From the NCBI GenBank assembly GCA_029247785.1, contig JAQWKP010000377.1, positions 1 to 62,718 on the forward strand: a stretch of DNA of 62,718 bases, written 5' to 3'. Below are positions 50,920 to 61,109 of this stretch, piece by piece. The position numbers and the translations under genes were made by a program. The DNA comes from Novosphingobium sp. (GTDB taxonomy: Bacteria > Pseudomonadota > Alphaproteobacteria > Sphingomonadales > Sphingomonadaceae). The notes under the pieces are model-generated. The model searched no databases. It saw nothing but the letters and a program-made list of their open reading frames with translations, and had not been told where the DNA came from. How positions within the stretch are numbered: position 1 is the first letter of the stretch; each line of letters begins with the position of its first letter.

Positions 50920-51492
50920 CTAACCTTCCTGGAGCCGCATGGCTACATCATTCATGAATCGCGCATCCTCGCCCTTTGCGAGCCACTCAGCTTCGGCGCT
51001 GAGCGCTCCCAGCATTTCAGCAAGATCGTCGATTTCTGCCTTGGCGTAATTGCCCAGGACATGGCCGGTTACCCGTTCCTTGTGGCCGGGATGGCCGATT
51101 CCGATGCGCACGCGGCGAAAATCGGGGCCGAGATGCTTGTCTATGGAGCGCAGGCCGTTGTGTCCGGCGGTGCCGCCACCCTGCTTCACCTTGACCTTGA
51201 ACGGAGCCAGGTCGAGTTCGTCGTGGAATACGGTGAGGGCGGACATGTCCAGCTTGAAGAAGCGCATCGCCTCACCAACCGCGCGGCCGCTCTCATTCAT
51301 GAATGTGGCGGGTTTGAGCAGGATTACCCGCTCGTTGCCGATCCGGCCATCATGGACCCAGCCCTGGAACTTTTTCTGGGCAGCTCCAAAGGAATGGACC
51401 TCGGTGATCGTATCGAGCACCATGAAACCGACATTGTGCCGGTGCATCGCATATTGCGGACCCGGATTACCAAGGCCGACCCAGAGCTGCAT
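50920..51492 (-). CDS. pth: Peptidyl-tRNA hydrolase
   Basis: GLGNPG, RHNVGF, HDELD, GHNGLRS. Confidence 0.97.
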   Translation of the reverse strand: MQLWVGLGNPGPQYAMHRHNVGFMVLDTITEVHSFGAAQKKFQGWVHDGRIGNERVILLKPATFMNESGRAVGEAMRFFKLDMSALTVFHDELDLAPFKVKVKQGGGTAGHNGLRSIDKHLGPDFRRVRIGIGHPGHKERVTGHVLGNYAKAEIDDLAEMLGALSAEAEWLAKGEDARFMNDVAMRLQEG

Positions 51493-51563
51493 GTCACCTC
51501 CTGGTGAACCGCCGCTTCCTGATATGCAGGCTTCGGCGGCGCCAGACTAGGACCAAATTCCGT

Positions 51564-51588
51564 CCGTCCCGACCCTATGCCGGGACGG
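51564..51588 (-). terminator. Hairpin downstream of rplY (possible terminator or stability element)
   Basis: CCGTCCCG / CGGGACGG 8-bp IR with a weak U tract. Confidence 0.4.
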
Positions 51589-51597
51589 TACTTAATT

Positions 51598-52305
51598 TTA
51601 ATCGTCGCTTTCGCTGTCACCCTCGGCGGCGCCTTCTTCGCTGGCCTCGCCTTCGGTCTCGCCTTCGGTTTCACCCTCGAGCAGTGCTTCGGCCTCAGCA
51701 GCCTCGGCTTCGGCGGCTTCGGTCTCAGCCTGCTTGAGCGCAGAAGGAGCAACGATGGTGACAACCGTAAAGTCACGGTCGGTTATCGCGCTTTCTGAGC
51801 CGTCGGGCAGCGTTATCTGGCTGAAATGGACGGCGTCGCCGACTTCCAGGCCGGTTACGTCGATGACGATTTCGTCCGGGATGCGGTCGGCATCGCAGAC
51901 CAACTCGAGGTCGTGGCGCACCATGTTGAGAACGCCGCCGCGTTTGAGACCCGGCGATTCTTCCTCGTTTATGAAAACCACGGGCACGTTCACATCGACC
52001 TTGGCGCCCTTGGCGAGCCGCAGGAAATCGGCGTGCATCGGACGATCGCTAACGGGGTGGAAGGAAACGTCTTTGGGCAGCGTCCTCACTTTGTCGCCGC
52101 CGACTTCGACCAACACGATTGAGTTGAAGAAATGGCCGGTGCCAAGCTGGCGGCGCAATTCCTTCTCCTCGATATGGACTGTCAGCGGGTCTTCTTTGCC
52201 GCCATAAATGACGGCGGGGACGCGGCCTTCGCGACGCAATGCCCGGGAGGCTCCCTTGCCTGCCCGATCGCGCGAAACGGCCGGCAGGGTAAGCGCATCG
52301 CTCAT
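51598..52305 (-). CDS. rplY: 50S ribosomal protein L25 / general stress protein Ctc
   Basis: [26 protein letters not shown], acidic tail. Confidence 0.96.
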   Translation of the reverse strand: MSDALTLPAVSRDRAGKGASRALRREGRVPAVIYGGKEDPLTVHIEEKELRRQLGTGHFFNSIVLVEVGGDKVRTLPKDVSFHPVSDRPMHADFLRLAKGAKVDVNVPVVFINEEESPGLKRGGVLNMVRHDLELVCDADRIPDEIVIDVTGLEVGDAVHFSQITLPDGSESAITDRDFTVVTIVAPSALKQAETEAAEAEAAEAEALLEGETEGETEGEASEEGAAEGDSESDD

Positions 52306-52341
52306 GATCTCTACCTTTCGAATGCCTGATAGTTAAAACTG

Positions 52342-52373
52342 CCCGTCACGCCTCCAGGGATGACCATAACGGG
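52342..52373 (-). promoter_or_regulatory. Putative rplY leader hairpin
   Basis: CCCGTTATG / CGTGACGGG 9-bp stem (two G-U pairs) around a GTCATCCCTGGAGG loop. Confidence 0.45.
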
Positions 52374-52435
52374 AAGCGCGGGCCCTTATCGGCAATCCGC
52401 ACACATGGCAAGGTGGTACGCACGGAACGAGGTCG

Positions 52436-53305
52436 TCAGCGTAGCCGCGTGACCGAGTAGCCCTCGGCCACGAACAGCGCCGGCAGGCCATCGGGACCCG
52501 CCATATGTGCCGCGCCGACAGCGACGAAGGGATGCTTGCCCGCTGCCAGTTCGCGAGTAACGGCCTCGCTCCAGCGCTGGTTGCGGCTGGTAAACAGCAC
52601 TGCGCGCAGCTCTGGATCGGCGAGCAGCCCGCGGCTTGTCTCCATTTCGATCGCAGCCATGTCGCCGCTGTGCCATGCTTGGGCAAGGCTGGCAGTTTCG
52701 CGGTCAAGAACGCCGGTATCGGCGACGATGGCGGTCAGAAGGTCGCGCTGTTCTGGCATCGGCAGGCCATCGAAGAGGCGCAGCTGTCCCTCGGCACCTT
52801 CCAGCTCGACAATCCGCTTGCCCTTTGCCTGCGCCACAACCGCGCGGTCGATGCCATATTCCGAATTGGCATCTGAAGTCTCGGCTCGGGCCAGCGTCAG
52901 CGCTACTGCCCAGGTTTCGATGCTGGAGAAGCCGTTGTCCTTAAGCCCGTGCTTGTCGAGCAGGCGCAGCAGGGGCGCCCGCACTTCCGGGGCAACCCGC
53001 TCGGTCAGCAAAGGCAATCCTGGAGTGTGTGCCAACTTGGCAAATGTCCGCGCCATGGCGGCCTGGTCTTCAAGCCCAGCCACCTCAACCATCAGCGTAT
53101 CGGCCTGCAACAGGGCATCGGCCACCTCAGCAGTCTGCCAAAGCGCGGGCTTTTCAAGGGCGTGGATCGTGCCGAACAGCCAGGCCTTTTGCCCCTCGGC
53201 ATTTTCGACCAGCCAGATCGCCGGATCGGCAGGGACTGGCTCGGGCGCGCAGGAGGCCAGCAGCAGCGCCGAAAAAAACGCTCGCAGCGACCGCAATCGG
53301 GTCAT
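52436..53305 (-). CDS. TraB/GumN (Tiki-like) family lipoprotein
   Basis: Lipobox LASC; LFGTIH, RN..W, AVGAAHM.G. Confidence 0.9.
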   Translation of the reverse strand: MTRLRSLRAFFSALLLASCAPEPVPADPAIWLVENAEGQKAWLFGTIHALEKPALWQTAEVADALLQADTLMVEVAGLEDQAAMARTFAKLAHTPGLPLLTERVAPEVRAPLLRLLDKHGLKDNGFSSIETWAVALTLARAETSDANSEYGIDRAVVAQAKGKRIVELEGAEGQLRLFDGLPMPEQRDLLTAIVADTGVLDRETASLAQAWHSGDMAAIEMETSRGLLADPELRAVLFTSRNQRWSEAVTRELAAGKHPFVAVGAAHMAGPDGLPALFVAEGYSVTRLR

Positions 53306-54351
53306 TGGATCCGTTCGCTGACGATTCCAGCCACGGCAAGCTGCTCCTGCAGGCTGCCTTCGCCTGCAAGGTGCCCCGCTCCGACCGCAAGGAACACCGT
53401 CCCCGGCTCATCCAGCCGCTCATCGACCCAGAGGGCCCAGGTCTTGTTGCGCGAGATAAGCAAGCGATCGATCAGCACCGGATCGGACTGGCTGGAATTC
53501 ATCAGCTCCGCCAGAGCTTCCGCATCGCCGGACTTCCACGCCTCGATCATCGCGGCAAGCTGGGTCTTTATATTGGGCAGCTCCGAGACGATCTGGCTCA
53601 GGTAATTTTTCTGCACTTCCAATGGCAAACTGTCGAACAGACTGAGCTGATATTCTGCAGTTTCAAGGCCCTCCTGTGGTATGTCGCGTTCGCTTGCCCA
53701 GGTCTCCAGCAGCTTTTCGACACCGTTCTCGCCAGCATATCCTTCCCGCATCAGCGGCAGTGTCGACAGGCCGACCGAGGCATACCAGGGTTCAAATGGA
53801 TCGAACGCCGCGTGAGGCACGCGTAGCGCGGTCAGCGCCGCCTCATAGGACGCGCGCTGCTCATCAGAGAGCAGGCTGCGTAGGGTCTTGCCATCGGTCA
53901 GCATTGCCTTGTCCATCACCAGCGCCTGCATCGTCAACGGATCGCCCCCTGTAATTTCGGTGACCAGGAGCTGCGAGGAATTTGCCGCCCGTGCGACCTC
54001 GCCGTTGAACCAGTCGATCCCTTTGGGGAGAATGTGGACGGTGCCGAAGATATAGATCGTCGTATCTTCATCTGCGACTTTCCACAAAGCAGGGTGGGCA
54101 ACTCGCGTTGGGTTGCTTTTCGATGCTTCGACCTTGTTAGGCTTGACGAGCTGAGCGGGATCGACTTTCGTAACTGCTACTGTGGCAGGTTTGTCAGGTA
54201 GACCGTACTCGACTTTGTCAATTTGGGGCTGCTCGGCAACTGTCGGTGGTTCCGGTGATTCTACTGTTTGAACCACCTTGCCATCGGCGGGTGACTGGCA
54301 TGCGGCGAGGGCGGCGAAGGCAAGGGTGCACAAGCGTGACGTCATTTTCAT
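53302..54351 (-). CDS. TraB/GumN family lipoprotein with a P/V/K-rich linker
   Basis: Lipobox LAAC; PALWKVADEDTTIYIFGTVH, AVGAGHL.G. Confidence 0.9.
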   Translation of the reverse strand: MKMTSRLCTLAFAALAACQSPADGKVVQTVESPEPPTVAEQPQIDKVEYGLPDKPATVAVTKVDPAQLVKPNKVEASKSNPTRVAHPALWKVADEDTTIYIFGTVHILPKGIDWFNGEVARAANSSQLLVTEITGGDPLTMQALVMDKAMLTDGKTLRSLLSDEQRASYEAALTALRVPHAAFDPFEPWYASVGLSTLPLMREGYAGENGVEKLLETWASERDIPQEGLETAEYQLSLFDSLPLEVQKNYLSQIVSELPNIKTQLAAMIEAWKSGDAEALAELMNSSQSDPVLIDRLLISRNKTWALWVDERLDEPGTVFLAVGAGHLAGEGSLQEQLAVAGIVSERIQ

Positions 54352-54472
54352 GTCGGCGCTTATAGCCGCCCAATCTAACCCGTCGATTAATGAATCTGGC
54401 CGGGCCTTCTTCCACGGCCAGCAGAGCCTGGCTTATTGACCCTGCAAGGCCCATCCGCCAAAGCCGCGAGCC

Positions 54473-55375
54473 ATGGCGGACACGGCAAACCCACTCAGTT
54501 TTCAGGACATGATTCTCACGCTTCACAGCTTTTGGAGCGCGAAGGGCTGCGTGATCCTCCAGCCCTATGACATGCGCATGGGCGCAGGTACATTTCACCC
54601 GGCAACCACCCTGCGCGCACTGGGCCCGGAACCGTGGAATGCCGCCTATGTCCAGCCCTCGCGCCGCCCGACTGACGGGCGCTATGGCGAGAACCCCAAC
54701 CGGCTGCAGCATTTTTACCAGTATCAGGTGATCCTGAAGCCCAATCCGCCGGATTTGCAGGAACTCTATCTTGAAAGCCTGACCGCCATCGGCATCGACC
54801 CGCTGGCCCATGACATTCGCTTCGTTGAAGACGATTGGGAAAGCCCGACTCTAGGCGCATGGGGACTGGGCTGGGAAGTGTGGTGCGACGGTATGGAAGT
54901 CACACAATTCACTTATTTCCAACAGGTTGGTGGTTTCGATTGCAAACCGGTGGCGGGCGAACTGACCTATGGGCTTGAGCGGCTCGCCATGTATATTCAG
55001 GGCGTCGACCGGGTCTATGATCTCAAATTCAACGATGCCGGCACGTCCTATGGCGATGTCTTCCTCGCCAATGAGCAGCAGCTGTCGAAATACAACTTCG
55101 AGATTGCCGACACCGATGAGCTGATGGTCGGGTTCGAGAACGCGGAACGCGAATGCATGCGCTGCATCGAGGCGGATATCCCGCTCGCCGCCTATGACCA
55201 GGTGATCGAGGCCAGCCATGTGTTCAACCTGCTGCAGGCGCGCGGCGTGATCAGCGTGCAGGAGCGCGCCAGCTACATCGGCCGCGTCCGCGACCTAGCC
55301 AAGGGCAGCTGCGAAGCCTGGATCGCCAATAATGCCGAGCGCTGGACCGTGGAATATGAAGGGTGGTCGGCGTGA
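54473..55375 (+). CDS. glyQ: Glycine-tRNA ligase alpha subunit
   Basis: [29 protein letters not shown]. Confidence 0.97.
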   Translation: MADTANPLSFQDMILTLHSFWSAKGCVILQPYDMRMGAGTFHPATTLRALGPEPWNAAYVQPSRRPTDGRYGENPNRLQHFYQYQVILKPNPPDLQELYLESLTAIGIDPLAHDIRFVEDDWESPTLGAWGLGWEVWCDGMEVTQFTYFQQVGGFDCKPVAGELTYGLERLAMYIQGVDRVYDLKFNDAGTSYGDVFLANEQQLSKYNFEIADTDELMVGFENAERECMRCIEADIPLAAYDQVIEASHVFNLLQARGVISVQERASYIGRVRDLAKGSCEAWIANNAERWTVEYEGWSA

Positions 55376-57462
55376 GCGATTTCCTTCTCGAACTACGCTG
55401 TGAGGAGATTCCCGCGCGGATGCAGGCCGGCGCTCGCCGCGACCTGGAGAAACTGTTCCGCCAACAGATAAAGGATGCGGGAGTCGAGACAGAGGCCATC
55501 ACCATATGGTCGACGCCGCGCCGCCTTGCGCTGGTTGCGAAGAACCTGCCACTTGCGACTGAAGCAGTGCGGGAAGAGACCAAGGGCCCTGCCACTAGCG
55601 CGCCCGATCAGGCGCTTGAAGGCTTCATGCGTAAGGTGGGGCTGACCCGTGACCAGCTCGAGGTTCGCGAGATCAAGGGCAAGGAAACCTGGTTCGCGGT
55701 GGTCGAAAAGCCGGGCAGGTCGGTCGCCGAGGTTCTGGCGGAAGCAATCCCCGCGATCATCCGCGCCTTTCCGTGGCCCAAGTCGATGCGCTGGGGCGAA
55801 AGCTCGTCCAGCACCGAGAGCCTGCGCTGGGTGCGTCCATTGTCCGGAATTGTCGCGATTCTGGGTGACGATTTGGTGGAATGCGAAATTGAGGGGGTGC
55901 GCTCGGCCTATGCGACCATGGGCCACCGTTTCCACCATCCCGGCGCAATCACCATCGGCGGCGCGAATGACTATGCCGAAAAGCTGCGCGCCTGCCATGT
56001 CATCGTCGATCATGAGGAACGCCAGGACCTGATCCGGGCGCGTGCGACCGAGGCCACACAGGCTGCTGGGCTGGAGCTGGTCGAGGATGAGGGGCTGGTG
56101 GTCGAAAATGCCGGCCTGACCGAATGGCCAGTGCCCTTGCTCGGCAGGTTCGACGAGGAATATCTTGAGGTTCCTCCTGAAGTTATCCAACTAACGGCGC
56201 GTGTAAATCAGAAATATTTTGTCTGTGAGCAAGGTGGCAAACTTGCGAATGCCTTCGTCTGCACTGCCAATATCGAGGCGGCGGATGGCGGTGAAGCGAT
56301 CGTCGCAGGCAACCGCAAGGTCCTCGCCGCAAGGCTGAGCGATGCGCGTTTCTTCTGGGAGCAAGACCGGAAGAAGACGCTGCAAGAGCACGCCAAGGGT
56401 CTGGAGCGGATTACGTTTCACGAGAAACTTGGCACGGTGGCGCAGCGTGTAGATCGAATAGCAACTGTAGCATCTGATCGCCTCCCAGAGGCAATTGGTT
56501 GGCCTGAGGCAAAGGCGCGGAAAATGCAGCCACTGTTACGCCAGGCTGCGCAAATTGCGAAAGCTGACCTTGTAACCGAGATGGTCGGAGAGTTTCCGGA
56601 GCTCCAAGGGGTAATGGGTGCGTATTACGCTGAAGGCTACGGAAATGAGATATCCGAAGCCATTCGCGACCACTATAAGCCTGCGGGCTTGAACGACGAC
56701 TTGCCAAGCGGCGAAGTCGGTACTTTGTTGGCTGTTGCTGATAAGGCGGATGCCTTATTCGGCTTCTTCGCGCGTGGACTGAAGCCTACCGGCTCAAAGG
56801 ATCCTTTTGCACTTCGGCGAGCTGGACTAGGTGTCATTCGGCTGATCGTTGAAAATAACATTCGTCTTCCACTCAGGCGGCTTTTTGGCGCCATTGATCG
56901 GGAGCGATTGTATGATGCAGATGGGGTCGATTATGAGAATCCTACAGAAGAAATTGTTGAGTTCATAATCGACCGCCTCAAGGTCCAGCAGCGCGAAGCC
57001 GGGGTCCGCCACGACCTGATCGACGCCGTCTTCGCCCTCGGCGGCGAGGACGATCTTGTTCGCCTGCTCGCCCGTGTGCACGCCCTGCAAGCCTTCATCG
57101 GCACCGAGGACGGCACAAATCTGCTCGCCGGCTACAAGCGCGCGGCCAATATCCTCAAGAAGGAAAACTTCGAAGGCGGGCAGGCAGAAGTTTCGCTTTC
57201 CTACACGCCCGAAACCGAAGAGAAGGCGCTGATGGATGCGCTGGCAATCGCCGGGCCCGAGGCGGCCGCTGCTGTCGAAGCTGAAAACTTCGCCGCCGCC
57301 ATGTCCGCCCTGGCCTCCTTGCGCGCGCCGATTGACGCGTTCTTCGAGAACGTCACGGTCAATGACCCTGATGAGGACAAGCGCGCCGCCCGGCTCGCCC
57401 TTCTAGACCGGTTCCGGACGGCGGTGCACAATGTCGCGGATTTCTCGGAGATTGAGGGATAA
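55372..57462 (+). CDS. glyS: Glycine-tRNA ligase beta subunit
   Basis: [32 protein letters not shown]; GTGA overlap with glyQ. Confidence 0.96.
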   Translation: MSDFLLELRCEEIPARMQAGARRDLEKLFRQQIKDAGVETEAITIWSTPRRLALVAKNLPLATEAVREETKGPATSAPDQALEGFMRKVGLTRDQLEVREIKGKETWFAVVEKPGRSVAEVLAEAIPAIIRAFPWPKSMRWGESSSSTESLRWVRPLSGIVAILGDDLVECEIEGVRSAYATMGHRFHHPGAITIGGANDYAEKLRACHVIVDHEERQDLIRARATEATQAAGLELVEDEGLVVENAGLTEWPVPLLGRFDEEYLEVPPEVIQLTARVNQKYFVCEQGGKLANAFVCTANIEAADGGEAIVAGNRKVLAARLSDARFFWEQDRKKTLQEHAKGLERITFHEKLGTVAQRVDRIATVASDRLPEAIGWPEAKARKMQPLLRQAAQIAKADLVTEMVGEFPELQGVMGAYYAEGYGNEISEAIRDHYKPAGLNDDLPSGEVGTLLAVADKADALFGFFARGLKPTGSKDPFALRRAGLGVIRLIVENNIRLPLRRLFGAIDRERLYDADGVDYENPTEEIVEFIIDRLKVQQREAGVRHDLIDAVFALGGEDDLVRLLARVHALQAFIGTEDGTNLLAGYKRAANILKKENFEGGQAEVSLSYTPETEEKALMDALAIAGPEAAAAVEAENFAAAMSALASLRAPIDAFFENVTVNDPDEDKRAARLALLDRFRTAVHNVADFSEIEG

Positions 57463-57538
57463 GCCCCCCCTTCGCGTGTCACCTCGCTTAGCTGATATGA
57501 TATAATTGGTTGAAATTGAAGGGGTTAAATGCTGTAGC

Positions 57539-57570
57539 CTAAGGTGACACGGTGTAACTTGTGTAACCTT
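57539..57570. repeat. 32-bp dispersed repeat, copy 2
   Basis: CTAAGGTGACACGGTGTAACTTGTGTAACCTT, 29/32 identical to 9678-9709. Confidence 0.85.
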
Positions 57571-57596
57571 GCCTCTTCAGAAAAGGCACAAGTTTG

Positions 57597-60266
57597 ATGA
57601 ACAGGCGGGTCTATACATTCGGGGGCGGTGTCAGCCACGATGACCCGCGTGCCAGCGATACCGCGCTGCTGGGCGGCAAGGGCGCGAGTCTGGCCGAAAT
57701 GGCCGCAATCGGCCTGCCGGTGCCACCCGGCTTCACCATCACCACAGAGGAATGCGTGGAATATCTCGCGCAGGATTCCGGGTTTTCGACGGATTTGCGC
57801 GGTCAGGTGGCCGAAGCGCTCGCCCATGTCGAGTCAATTGTTGGCAAGAGCTATGGCGATGCTTCCGACCCGTTGCTGGTTTCGGTTCGTTCGGGGGCTC
57901 AGGCCTCGATGCCGGGGATGATGGATACGGTGCTCAATCTCGGCCTAAATGACGCGACTGTCGAAGGGTTGGCGACAACTTCGGGAGACCCGCGTTTTGC
58001 CTGGGATTCCTATCGCCGCTTCATCCAGATGTATTCCGATGTGGTGCTCGGTATCGATCATCACCTGTTTGAGGATGAGCTTGAAATCATCAAGGAAGAT
58101 AATGGTTTCTTCAATGATATTGAGCTTGAGGTTGAACATTGGCAGTCGCTGGTCAAGGCCTATGGCCGGATCGTTGAGGAGGAACTGGGTGCAGCATTCC
58201 CGCAGGATGTAGACGAGCAGCTATGGGGCGCGATTGCCGCGGTTTTTGACAGCTGGGATGGGGACCGCGCGAACGTCTATCGTCGCCTCAACGATATTCC
58301 CGGAGACTGGGGCACAGCGGTCAACGTCCAGGCGATGGTGTTCGGCAATATGGGTGAGACTTCGGCAACGGGCGTTGCCTTCACGCGCGATCCTTCCACC
58401 GGGGAAAAGGCCTATTTCGGCGAATGGCTGGTCAATGCCCAGGGCGAGGACGTGGTCGCCGGAATCCGAACGCCGCAATATCTCACCGAGGCGGCGCGCG
58501 AAGCCGCTGGAACGAAGCAGCCGTCAATGGAACAGGCGATACCTGAGGCCTATGCCCAGCTGGCCGACAACTTCGCGCGGCTCGAAGCGCATTATTGCGA
58601 CATGCAGGACATCGAATTTACCGTCGAACGTGGCAAATTGTGGATGCTGCAGACCCGCGCCGGCAAGCGCACAGCCAAGGCGTCGCTGAAAATGGCGGTC
58701 GATATGGTCGACGAGGGGCTGATTGACGAGAAAGCCGCTGTGTTGCGGGTTGACCCGATGGCACTTGATCAGTTGCTTCATCCTACGCTTGATCCAGCAG
58801 CCCCGCGTGACCTGATCGGGCGAGGCCTGCCTGCCTCTCCCGGCGCTGCCTCGGGAGTGATCGTGCTCGATGCCGAGACCGCCGAAAATCGTGCGGAACT
58901 GGGCGAAGCGGTGATCCTGGTGCGGGTTGAGACCAGCCCTGAGGACATTCACGGCATGCATGCCGCCAAGGGTATTCTCACCGCGCGGGGCGGAATGACC
59001 AGCCACGCTGCAGTGGTAGCACGCGGCATGGGCCGGCCTTGCGTTTCCGGCGCGGGAGGGCTGACGATTGACCTGGCGACCCGTACCATGCGGTTCGGAG
59101 GACGCGAATTTGCCGAGGGCGACGTAATCACCCTCGACGGTGCATCAGGCGAGATCATGGCTGGAGAGGTGGCGAGCGTCGAACCGGAGCTGTCAGGCGA
59201 TTTTGGCACGCTGATGGCCTGGTCCGACAAATATCGTGGCATGGCGGTCCGTACCAATGCCGAAACGCCCGAGGATTGCCAGATGGCGCGACGCTTCGGG
59301 GCGGACGGGATCGGGCTTTGCCGGACGGAGCACATGTTCTTCAATGCCGCCCGGATCAGTGCAGTGCGCGCGATGATCTTGGCCGAGGATGAGGCCGGAC
59401 GGCGGGCGGCGCTGGCCAGGCTGCTGCCGGAACAGCGATCCGATTTTCACGCGATATTCGAGGTGATGGCTGGACTGCCGGTGACGATCCGCCTGCTCGA
59501 TCCGCCGCTCCACGAATTCCTGCCACGAGCCGATGCCGAATTCGTCCAGCTTGCCGATGTAATCGGCGTCGGCGTTGAAACCCTGCGCCGACGGGCCGAG
59601 GAACTGCATGAATTCAATCCGATGCTTGGTCATCGGGGCTGCCGGATCGGCATAACATTCCCGGAAATTTACGAGATGCAGGTGCGCGCCATATTCGAGG
59701 CTGCCTGCGATGTGGCGGGGCAGAGTGGCGAATCGATCTTGCCGGAAATCATGGTCCCGCTTGTCGCCACGACCCGCGAATTCGAGATAATCCGGTCGCT
59801 GATTGACCGGACTGCGCAGGATGTTCTTGCTGAAAAGGGCCAGGCGCTCGAATATCGGGTTGGCACGATGATCGAGCTGCCGCGTGCAGCATTGTTGGCT
59901 GGGGAGCTGGCGAAGCAGGCGAGCTTCTTCTCCTTTGGTACCAATGATTTGACGCAGACTACGCTTGGCTTGTCACGCGACGATTCAAGCAAGTTTCTCG
60001 GTACTTACGTCGAGCAGGGGGTGTTTCCGCGCGATCCGTTCGTGACGCTGGATATCGAAGGCGTCGGCCAGTTGATTGCTATCGGCACCGAACGCGGCAA
60101 AGCGAGCCGGCCTGAGCTGAAAGTCGGCATTTGCGGCGAACATGGCGGCGATCCGGCGAGCATCGTGTTCTGCGAGCAAGTCGGGCTGGACTATGTCAGC
60201 GCCTCGCCTTTCCGCGTACCGATCGCGCGCCTGGCCGCAGCACAGGCGGCGCTGGCCGAGGCATGA
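57597..60266 (+). CDS. ppdK: Pyruvate, phosphate dikinase
   Basis: LLGGKGA, GGMTSHAAVVARG, GLCRTEHMF, GICGEHGG. Confidence 0.97.
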   Translation: MNRRVYTFGGGVSHDDPRASDTALLGGKGASLAEMAAIGLPVPPGFTITTEECVEYLAQDSGFSTDLRGQVAEALAHVESIVGKSYGDASDPLLVSVRSGAQASMPGMMDTVLNLGLNDATVEGLATTSGDPRFAWDSYRRFIQMYSDVVLGIDHHLFEDELEIIKEDNGFFNDIELEVEHWQSLVKAYGRIVEEELGAAFPQDVDEQLWGAIAAVFDSWDGDRANVYRRLNDIPGDWGTAVNVQAMVFGNMGETSATGVAFTRDPSTGEKAYFGEWLVNAQGEDVVAGIRTPQYLTEAAREAAGTKQPSMEQAIPEAYAQLADNFARLEAHYCDMQDIEFTVERGKLWMLQTRAGKRTAKASLKMAVDMVDEGLIDEKAAVLRVDPMALDQLLHPTLDPAAPRDLIGRGLPASPGAASGVIVLDAETAENRAELGEAVILVRVETSPEDIHGMHAAKGILTARGGMTSHAAVVARGMGRPCVSGAGGLTIDLATRTMRFGGREFAEGDVITLDGASGEIMAGEVASVEPELSGDFGTLMAWSDKYRGMAVRTNAETPEDCQMARRFGADGIGLCRTEHMFFNAARISAVRAMILAEDEAGRRAALARLLPEQRSDFHAIFEVMAGLPVTIRLLDPPLHEFLPRADAEFVQLADVIGVGVETLRRRAEELHEFNPMLGHRGCRIGITFPEIYEMQVRAIFEAACDVAGQSGESILPEIMVPLVATTREFEIIRSLIDRTAQDVLAEKGQALEYRVGTMIELPRAALLAGELAKQASFFSFGTNDLTQTTLGLSRDDSSKFLGTYVEQGVFPRDPFVTLDIEGVGQLIAIGTERGKASRPELKVGICGEHGGDPASIVFCEQVGLDYVSASPFRVPIARLAAAQAALAEA

Positions 60267-60269
60267 CGT

Positions 60270-61037
60270 TCAGCGCTTCCAGCCACTCAGGGTAAGGATT
60301 TCAAAGCGCTCGACCGTGCGCCCGTTTTCTCCTGCTGCGTAGAATGCGGCGCGGGCGCGCTCCAGCGCGGCCTTGCCAAGAGGTGGGCCGGGGTCGGCCA
60401 GCACATTGGAGAGGCCCTGGGCACGCAGGTCGGCGACCAAGCCATCAAGCGAGCGGAAGCTGACGTCGAGGGAGCGCGAATCGACCACCGGATCGGCAAA
60501 GCCAGCGCGTTGCAATAGCTGTCCGCCGGCCCTGACATCGACTTGGGGGTGAATACGGGGCGCGGGCCTGTCGCCATCGGCCACAAGCATCGCCTCTCGC
60601 AGTACCGGTAGGCTGCCGGAGCCAAGGAAACTGGCGATCATCAAGCCGCCGGGGGCAAGCGCATTGTGGATATGGATCAAGGCGCCGGGGAGATCGTTGA
60701 CCGTGTCGAGCGTGCCGAGACTGAGGACAAGCTCGCGGTCGCTGTCGTCGAACGGCTGTTCCTCATTGAAGCCTTCGAGTGGATCAGCATGGTCAAGGGT
60801 GCAATCTTGCCTTCCGATCTCGGCGAGTCTTTCGAAACCGTCATAGCCCCAGTCGCCGATGATGAGGCCACGCCGGAACTCGACGCGCAGGAAGCCGGCG
60901 CGTTCGATCACATCCTCAATCATGTCGTTGATGAGATAGCGCGGTGCATCCGGCCTGGCCTGAAGCGCTCGCATCCTACGACGCGCCGCAATCCAGCGTT
61001 TTGGCGCGAAGATCATCGGTGGGGCTTTGGCGGGCAT
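60270..61037 (-). CDS. SAM-dependent methyltransferase (BioC/NDUFAF5-like), divergent from comF
   Basis: LDTVNDLPGAL, LLQRAGF.DPVVD; conserved head-to-head position with comF. Confidence 0.85.
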   Translation of the reverse strand: MPAKAPPMIFAPKRWIAARRRMRALQARPDAPRYLINDMIEDVIERAGFLRVEFRRGLIIGDWGYDGFERLAEIGRQDCTLDHADPLEGFNEEQPFDDSDRELVLSLGTLDTVNDLPGALIHIHNALAPGGLMIASFLGSGSLPVLREAMLVADGDRPAPRIHPQVDVRAGGQLLQRAGFADPVVDSRSLDVSFRSLDGLVADLRAQGLSNVLADPGPPLGKAALERARAAFYAAGENGRTVERFEILTLSGWKR

Positions 61038-61109
61038 GGCGCCTCCTGCCGCGCTTGCAGGGGCCGCGCAAGGCCTTGCCCTGAAGGCAGCAGCGACTAG
61101 GATCGGGGA

